In this document: piece by piece, positions 58,252-64,000 of the stretch
How the letters are laid out: every line of letters starts with the position of its first letter
Numbering within the stretch: position 1 is the stretch's first letter
Position numbers and translations under genes: made by a program
The notes under the pieces: generated by a model
Seen by the model: the letters and a program-made list of their open reading frames with translations, nothing else
What the model was told of the DNA's origin: nothing
The model's database searches: none
From: Candidatus Bathyarchaeota archaeon
GTDB taxonomy: Archaea; Thermoproteota; CALKCG01; B24
Length of the DNA: 64,000 nucleotides
Direction of reading: 5' to 3'
NCBI GenBank assembly: GCA_018396755.1
Contig: JAGTQM010000009.1
Location: 6,775-70,774, forward strand

Positions 58252-59109
58252 TTAAAGGACTTCAAGAGGATTAAGTATTTTAAGTCCATTAGCTGGTATA
58301 GCTAGGGGGAGCTTCTTCAGCTTTATAAGCATAGCGATTAAATCCAATCCGGCTGAAACATCTTCGGGTTTATGTGCATCTGTAGCCATTGTTACAGGCA
58401 CTTGAAGGAAAGCCAACATATCTACTATTTTGCTTGAGGGATATAGTTCTTGAGCTGGATGTCGTAGTCCCGCCGAGCTTATTTCAACAGCCATATCTAA
58501 GGTTTTAACGGATTCTAAGATCGATTCCACTAGTTTTAACGGTTCTTCGGAAGGTTTAAACCCGAACTTCTTCACAATATCTAGATGGGCGACCACTGTG
58601 AAAATTCCTGTTTCAACGCCTTCTAAAACGAGTTCGTAGTATCTCCTGTAGAGTTTGTCGATCTCATTCTGACTTAAACTCCTCCACGTTGACACCGACT
58701 CTGGAGTGTCGAAGTGGAAGCCGTCGATTATGTGAACACCCATTAACGTATAGTCTAAACAGTCCTTGTAAGAGTTTAGAATTTCTTCAACGTATTTAAC
58801 GCCTCCAGGCGTATAATCCACTTCTAAACCACATTTAACGATCACTTTTTCAGAGGATTTTCTAACATCCTCTATCGTTTCAATATAGGAATCTATTTCA
58901 TTCACGTCTAGAGAACCTAAGCCTACACTAGCATCATCAAGTATTACAAGGTGATCTGTAAAACCTATCTCCGTAAGACCTGCTTCAACAGCTTTTTCAA
59001 CATAATCAACAGGTTCTGAAAAGCCATCACTCATAGAAGTATGGATGTGGTAGTTTGCTCTAAATTTCTTAGTAGCATTAATCGATTTATCGATTATCAG
59101 AGTGTACAT
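58252..59109 (-). CDS. PHP-family histidinol-phosphatase (HisJ-like)
   Basis: HIHT, FTDH, GLEVDY, AHLD, TDAH. Confidence 0.8.
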   Translation of the reverse strand: MYTLIIDKSINATKKFRANYHIHTSMSDGFSEPVDYVEKAVEAGLTEIGFTDHLVILDDASVGLGSLDVNEIDSYIETIEDVRKSSEKVIVKCGLEVDYTPGGVKYVEEILNSYKDCLDYTLMGVHIIDGFHFDTPESVSTWRSLSQNEIDKLYRRYYELVLEGVETGIFTVVAHLDIVKKFGFKPSEEPLKLVESILESVKTLDMAVEISSAGLRHPAQELYPSSKIVDMLAFLQVPVTMATDAHKPEDVSAGLDLIAMLIKLKKLPLAIPANGLKILNPLEVL

Positions 59110-59241
59110 AGCCTCCTCTCCTTCTACAAGATGTTGAATATTAAATCTTCTATAAGTTGTCTATAGAAAAGAGGGTGGTCCATCTATGGCGATTGGGCGT
59201 CAAGTCTTAAAGAACACATAGATGTGATGTAATGTTTTTAA

Positions 59242-59856
59242 TTGATAGGATGGTACTTTTATTGTAGAATTATGATCGAAGACGGCTACGAGCAGCTTAA
59301 ACTCGAGATTGAAAACTGTAGGAAGTGTGATTTATGGAGGGGGACTAAACACCGGGTTATAGGTGAGGGCCCGCTGGATAGTAGAATAATGCTGGTTGGA
59401 TTGGGTCCAGGTTATTATGAGAATATTGAGGGGAGGCCGTTTGTAGGTGCTGCTGGAAAATTCCTTAACAATCTTCTAACTTTAGCCGGTCTTGAAAGGG
59501 GGAAGCTTTACATAACCAACGTTATTAAATGCTATCTTCCAGACAATAAGGCTACCGATGAACAGGTGAAAACATGTAGCCACTATTTAGATAGACAGAT
59601 AGATATGTTAAAGCCTGCTGTATTGGTGGCTTTAGGTTCCGTGGCGGCGATGTACCTTCTAGGGAAATATGGATTAACTTATAGCTCTATGAGCAGGCTT
59701 CACGGTAAAATCTTCAAAGTTGAAAAGCCAGGACGCAGTATGTTGATAGCGGTTATGTATCATCCGGCTTCAGCCTTATACAATCCATCTATGAAGCTGC
59801 TTTTAGAAAAAGACTGGAGAAAGCTTGGAGAAATACTATCTAAGATTCCAGTGTAG
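59242..59856 (+). CDS. udg: family 4 uracil-DNA glycosylase
   Basis: CRKC, GRPFVGAAG, NVIKC, YHPAS; likely start near 59272. Confidence 0.85.
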   Translation: MIGWYFYCRIMIEDGYEQLKLEIENCRKCDLWRGTKHRVIGEGPLDSRIMLVGLGPGYYENIEGRPFVGAAGKFLNNLLTLAGLERGKLYITNVIKCYLPDNKATDEQVKTCSHYLDRQIDMLKPAVLVALGSVAAMYLLGKYGLTYSSMSRLHGKIFKVEKPGRSMLIAVMYHPASALYNPSMKLLLEKDWRKLGEILSKIPV

Positions 59857-59927
59857 ACTTATCACAGTTTTTATTAGGAATACGATCTACATTAGACTTA
59901 AATACGATCTGACGTATAGAGAAATCT

Positions 59928-61268
59928 GTGACAAATTTGAAGCTTGTTGTAATAGGAGCGGGTAGTTTAGCATTTACCCCAGGGCTCTTAGCTGAGATGG
60001 CGACCTCTGACATATTCAGAGACATAGAAATAGGGCTTGTAGATATAGATGAGGAGAAGCTTAAAATAATGGAGAAAGTTGCTTCGAGAATCATTGAAGA
60101 AACTAAAGCTGAGCTTAAAGTTGAAACAAGTACCGATAGGAGAGAGCTTCTCAAGAACGCGGACTTCGTTATAATAACGATAGCAGTAGGTGGTATAAAA
60201 GGCATAGAAATAGACGTTAAAGTAGCAGAGAAATACGGCATATACCACACGGTTGCCGACACTGTCGGACCAGCTGGTTTCTCAAGAGCCTTAAGACATA
60301 TAATTCCAATGGTGGAGATCTGCCGCGACGTGGAAAAGCTCTGCCCAAACGCTATAGTTTTCAACGAGGCGAACCCACTAACCATCATGTGTAGAGCAGC
60401 TAGGAAGACGACTAAGGCAAATGTCATAGGTTTATGCACCGGTGTTAAAGCACCTAGATACTTTATTTCTAGAGTTGTAGGCTGTAAACCTGAAGACGTT
60501 GTATTTACAGCGGCAGGCGTTAACCATTTGACATGGGTTTTAGAAGCTTATGCAAACGGTAGAGAGGTATACTCTGAGTTTAAACGTAAAATCGTAGCTA
60601 TGAGGGATGAAGCCGTTAAAACGGGCAAGCCATTCCATGCGTATGTTTCCGTAGAGCTTATGGAAGTATTTGGACTATATCCTGTTCAAGGAGACTCTCA
60701 TGTAGCTGAATTCTTCCCATTCTTCCTATGTCAAGAGGCAAACTATGGTGCTAAATACGGGCTTAAACTATTCCCGGGCGATACGATATACCGTGAAGAG
60801 TGGAGAGAACGAGTCTGGGAGATGGTCACGGGTTGGGCTGATGGAAGAAGACCTATCAAAGAGCTTGTTGAACAGCGTAAAGGTATAGCAGAGCACTCAT
60901 TCGCATATGAGCTTATGGAGAGGATCGTTAAAAGCCAAGTTAGACTATTTGAAGGAGCAAACATACCTAACAACGGATGTATAGAAGGTCTTCCAGACGA
61001 TGCGATCGTAGAAATACCTGTCGTAGTAAGCCCGCTTGGATTTAAAGGCGTAAACGTTGGTAAGCTACCTAAAGGTGTGGAGGCAATCATACAACAGAGA
61101 ATCGCTCAGCAGGAGTTGACGGTTGAAGCCGCGTTAACAGGAGATAAACATCTTGCGATTCAAGCCCTTGCTTTAGACCCCCTGGTTCCAACGCTTAAAA
61201 TAGCTAGAAAGCTTTTCAACGATTATCTTGAGGCACATAAGCAATATTTAACGCAGTTTGAAAAATAG
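59928..61268 (+). CDS. GH4 NAD-dependent glycoside hydrolase (alpha-galactosidase/glucosidase-like)
   Basis: GAGS, DTVGPAG, NP, GLC, GVNH, HVAEF. Confidence 0.85.
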   Translation: MTNLKLVVIGAGSLAFTPGLLAEMATSDIFRDIEIGLVDIDEEKLKIMEKVASRIIEETKAELKVETSTDRRELLKNADFVIITIAVGGIKGIEIDVKVAEKYGIYHTVADTVGPAGFSRALRHIIPMVEICRDVEKLCPNAIVFNEANPLTIMCRAARKTTKANVIGLCTGVKAPRYFISRVVGCKPEDVVFTAAGVNHLTWVLEAYANGREVYSEFKRKIVAMRDEAVKTGKPFHAYVSVELMEVFGLYPVQGDSHVAEFFPFFLCQEANYGAKYGLKLFPGDTIYREEWRERVWEMVTGWADGRRPIKELVEQRKGIAEHSFAYELMERIVKSQVRLFEGANIPNNGCIEGLPDDAIVEIPVVVSPLGFKGVNVGKLPKGVEAIIQQRIAQQELTVEAALTGDKHLAIQALALDPLVPTLKIARKLFNDYLEAHKQYLTQFEK

Positions 61269-61284
61269 CTGGAGACTAAATACG

Positions 61285-62046
61285 TTATAGTTTTGGTCTG
61301 TCAAAGCTAAAGCTGGGACCACTTTTATTTCTTTTTTCATCGGAAATTCTCCTAATTGTGCTCTCTATCCTTGCGTAAAGAATATCCCAAAGCCATTCAG
61401 CGAATTCACGTATATTCTTAGTTTGAATATACACATCTCCTGGTCCCTGGATCTCGGTTACTAAACCTTCCCCTCCTAATATTGTAGATTTTAACCCACC
61501 AAACTTCTTAACATCGTATCTACACGTGTCGTCGAAAGCTACTAGGTGGTAGTTGTCTACGATTAAGGATTCGCCAGTTTTAAGGCTATGACGGTCCATT
61601 GCACCAAAAGCATTTACGAATAACTGACCTTCCCCAGAGACCTTGAGCATAAAAAGACTCTGTCCAAAAAGTCCTTTTTTAAATCCTTGCCATTCTGTAT
61701 CTAACTGTATACCTTCTGTGGAAGCCAAATAAGCAGACTTCTGAAGAATAAATCCTCTTCCAGCTTCTACTTTGAGAGACTGTATGTCGCCTACGGGTGC
61801 TGGAGCAAAGCCAACCTTACCTGAGCATCTCTCTGCAATATATTCGTTTACGAAGAAGGATTCACCACCTAAAACTGTCGTCTTAATGCTTCTCCATAGG
61901 CTTTCACTCTCCTTCTTCCTCGTTCTAACGGCGATTTGAGGCGTCATGTATATCATAGCGCCAGCTTCTGCTACAACAATTTCATTGGGCTCTAAACTAA
62001 CCTCTAATAGCGAATAACTTGGACCATATTTAATTTCATACTTCAT
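61285..62046 (-). CDS. TIGR00266/AIM24-family protein
   Basis: AEAGAM, GGESFF, GGEGLV..GPG.VYIQT. Confidence 0.85.
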   Translation of the reverse strand: MKYEIKYGPSYSLLEVSLEPNEIVVAEAGAMIYMTPQIAVRTRKKESESLWRSIKTTVLGGESFFVNEYIAERCSGKVGFAPAPVGDIQSLKVEAGRGFILQKSAYLASTEGIQLDTEWQGFKKGLFGQSLFMLKVSGEGQLFVNAFGAMDRHSLKTGESLIVDNYHLVAFDDTCRYDVKKFGGLKSTILGGEGLVTEIQGPGDVYIQTKNIREFAEWLWDILYARIESTIRRISDEKRNKSGPSFSFDRPKL

Positions 62047-62145
62047 TATTCTCCTTCCAAATTATCACTTACGCGGCAAATAAAAATTGCGACTAGTTTA
62101 GAGAGGCTAAAACTGTTATAATGGATATTAAGTTTAATTTATTGA

Positions 62146-63999
62146 TTATATATTTTTTGGAGGGGACAATTTAACGGTAACTATTTCATGACCGTTTAAG
62201 TGGAAGTTTACGATGTTCTCTGAAATTTTAAATTCCCTTTTAGGGGCGTACATGCCCCATTCTATTAAGTCTGTTTCAACCGCTTTAAAAGGTTTAAATA
62301 GCGTTGTTAATGTCGCATCTGATTCCAATCCGCAGGCTTCATAAACCCTTAGCACAAGCTCATCAGAATCTTCAGCCTTCTTTAAAGCTGAGAGGATAAC
62401 GTTGTCTGGTTTAATCTCTATTACTGATAGAGTTTTTGGTAAAGATCCAATATTTTCCGGGGCTTTCCATGGTATCAAGGGATAGTTGAAATCGTGGCCT
62501 TTTCTAAACACCATAGACTTTGCCCAATCTCCCTTATGAGCATATAGGGAGTATCTGATGATGTGTATTCCTACGCGTGGATTGTCCGATTGATCAGCCC
62601 ACTGTTCAGGTGTGGACGGATAGCCACGCCTAGGACCTCTTAGAAGAGTCATTCTAATTGTGTTTTCAATTATGTCGAAGCCGTATTTACAATCATTTAG
62701 TAAAGCTACACCGTAATCTCCGTTTTCAGTGTCAACATTTATCCAGAATAGGGCTGGTACTTCAAATTTGGCTTTATCCGCTAGCTCCCACGGTCTTCGG
62801 GGAAGATTCATTTGCTTATCTGGAGGTTTAGCGTAAATGTATTGGTAGCGTTGTATTACGCCGAAAGGCATGTCGTAGGTAGCCCAATGGTTTTTAAACC
62901 TTAATGGGAATGCTACTTTTAAAGTTTTATACTTCTCACGCCAATCAGCCTTCAACGTAAAGTCCACCCTTGGAATCCCTCCATATATCGATACATATTG
63001 TTCAAAAGTCGAACTGCCGTATTTTCTAACGATTTTAATCGTAGCTCTAACAGGTCCCTTCTCAACTACACGTATTTCCTCGGCTTTATCTAGCTCTGTT
63101 AAAGCACCTAGATACATGTTCCAAGCTGGTTCTCCTCCTGGAGCATTAGGAGGTTTATCTTCATATATTTGTAACACATTGCCTTTTCCAGAGTCGGATA
63201 AAACGTCTCTCCCGTTTATCTTATCGTAGATTCTAATCACATGTCCAGTTCTACCGTCTATCTCCACACGTAGAAATTCGTTCTCTAGGAAGAATTCACC
63301 TACCTTAAGGTTTGAATTCGCTGATTCTTCAGATGATTGGGTTAAATAGTACAATTTATATCCGAACGATGGAACGTCTTCAGCTACGAAAATAGCCTTC
63401 TGTCCGCCTTCTATGGTCTGAACTGGGGTCTCTTTTCCAAAGCAGTCAAACGCCTTAAAGGTTTTCATAAATCTTAAGTCTCCCTCAAGGATAAGTTCCA
63501 CCACGTCGCTTCTACACCACGAAAGTGGGTTAAAGACAACTATGGGTAATCCTTCACATTTAGTGTTAACCTTGGACGTTATTACATTTAAAGCTTTTTC
63601 GAGTACTCTACGGGAAATCTTGTAAACTTCTTCGTAGTCTTTCTCAGCTTGAATATAGACCTCCTCTATAGACGTCCCGTCTAAGTTATCATGGACCTGA
63701 TTTAGAAGCAGCAACTTCCATGCTTTCTTTAAATCATCAAACGGATAATCCATACCTAGAAGCATTGCGATAGATGCAAACCTTTCAGCAGTTAATAGGA
63801 GGCACTCACATTTCCTATTGTGAAGTTTTACTTTAGCCTCCGTAGTATAAGTCCCCCTATGCGTCTTAACATATAGTTCATCTTTAACCACTGGAAGATA
63901 CAGATTTTCAGAAACTGCTCTAACCTCTTGAAACCAGCGTTCAGACGTCGATAGGATCACCTTAGGATACGCCTTGGGGTCTTGCAACTCCATAAGTCT
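62146..63999 (-). CDS. GH38 alpha-mannosidase-like (partial; continues beyond the window)
   Basis: HRGTYT, NQVHDNL.GT, FNPLSW, LNDCKYG, LKKAED. Confidence 0.85.
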   Translation of the reverse strand, partial: RLMELQDPKAYPKVILSTSERWFQEVRAVSENLYLPVVKDELYVKTHRGTYTTEAKVKLHNRKCECLLLTAERFASIAMLLGMDYPFDDLKKAWKLLLLNQVHDNLDGTSIEEVYIQAEKDYEEVYKISRRVLEKALNVITSKVNTKCEGLPIVVFNPLSWCRSDVVELILEGDLRFMKTFKAFDCFGKETPVQTIEGGQKAIFVAEDVPSFGYKLYYLTQSSEESANSNLKVGEFFLENEFLRVEIDGRTGHVIRIYDKINGRDVLSDSGKGNVLQIYEDKPPNAPGGEPAWNMYLGALTELDKAEEIRVVEKGPVRATIKIVRKYGSSTFEQYVSIYGGIPRVDFTLKADWREKYKTLKVAFPLRFKNHWATYDMPFGVIQRYQYIYAKPPDKQMNLPRRPWELADKAKFEVPALFWINVDTENGDYGVALLNDCKYGFDIIENTIRMTLLRGPRRGYPSTPEQWADQSDNPRVGIHIIRYSLYAHKGDWAKSMVFRKGHDFNYPLIPWKAPENIGSLPKTLSVIEIKPDNVILSALKKAEDSDELVLRVYEACGLESDATLTTLFKPFKAVETDLIEWGMYAPKREFKISENIVNFHLNGHEIVTVKLSPPKNI

Positions 64000-64000
64000 T

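Noticed and set aside
1-64000. CRISPR arrays, rRNA and the many short antisense ORFs in the track
   Set aside because: No regularly spaced repeats or rRNA-like sequence seen; the antisense ORFs shadow well-supported genes.

Overview
Archaeal chromosome segment with TATA/BRE promoters, many apparently leaderless genes, an intron-containing tRNA, Sec61beta, RPA and Mch. Gene content and integrase relics suggest a Bathyarchaeia-like lineage (inference). The first ~22.5 kb is a dense sulfur-assimilation/sulfur-relay/Fe-S island: SufS, Thi4, ThrC-like + SAMP, ThiI, DUF2318-ABC, MoeB/E1, SerA-like, ParB/SerK-like-cysteine synthase fusion, JAMM protease, DUF39 + NIL-ferredoxin, FdhD, LarE, CobW-like GTPase, second SAMP, NadA, IscS-IscU and CopA. 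Most promoters in the island carry one 13-bp palindrome, ATAAC-RNY-GTTAT (14 good copies between 1261 and 18714). One copy lies in front of a small Cys-containing HTH regulator inside the island, making this a candidate undescribed sulfur/Fe-S regulon with its cognate repressor. Next come a tRNA-Ser(CGA) region with toxin-antitoxin modules and integrase relics, an intact IS607-family element (TnpA + TnpB) that splits a URO-D-family gene at a GG core, and a group 3b NiFe hydrogenase operon. The rest is housekeeping genes (hisS, truD, moaA, RPA, second thiI), two adjacent single-lesion pseudogenes and carbohydrate/C1 genes. Protein family calls are from motif recognition only; no database searches were run.
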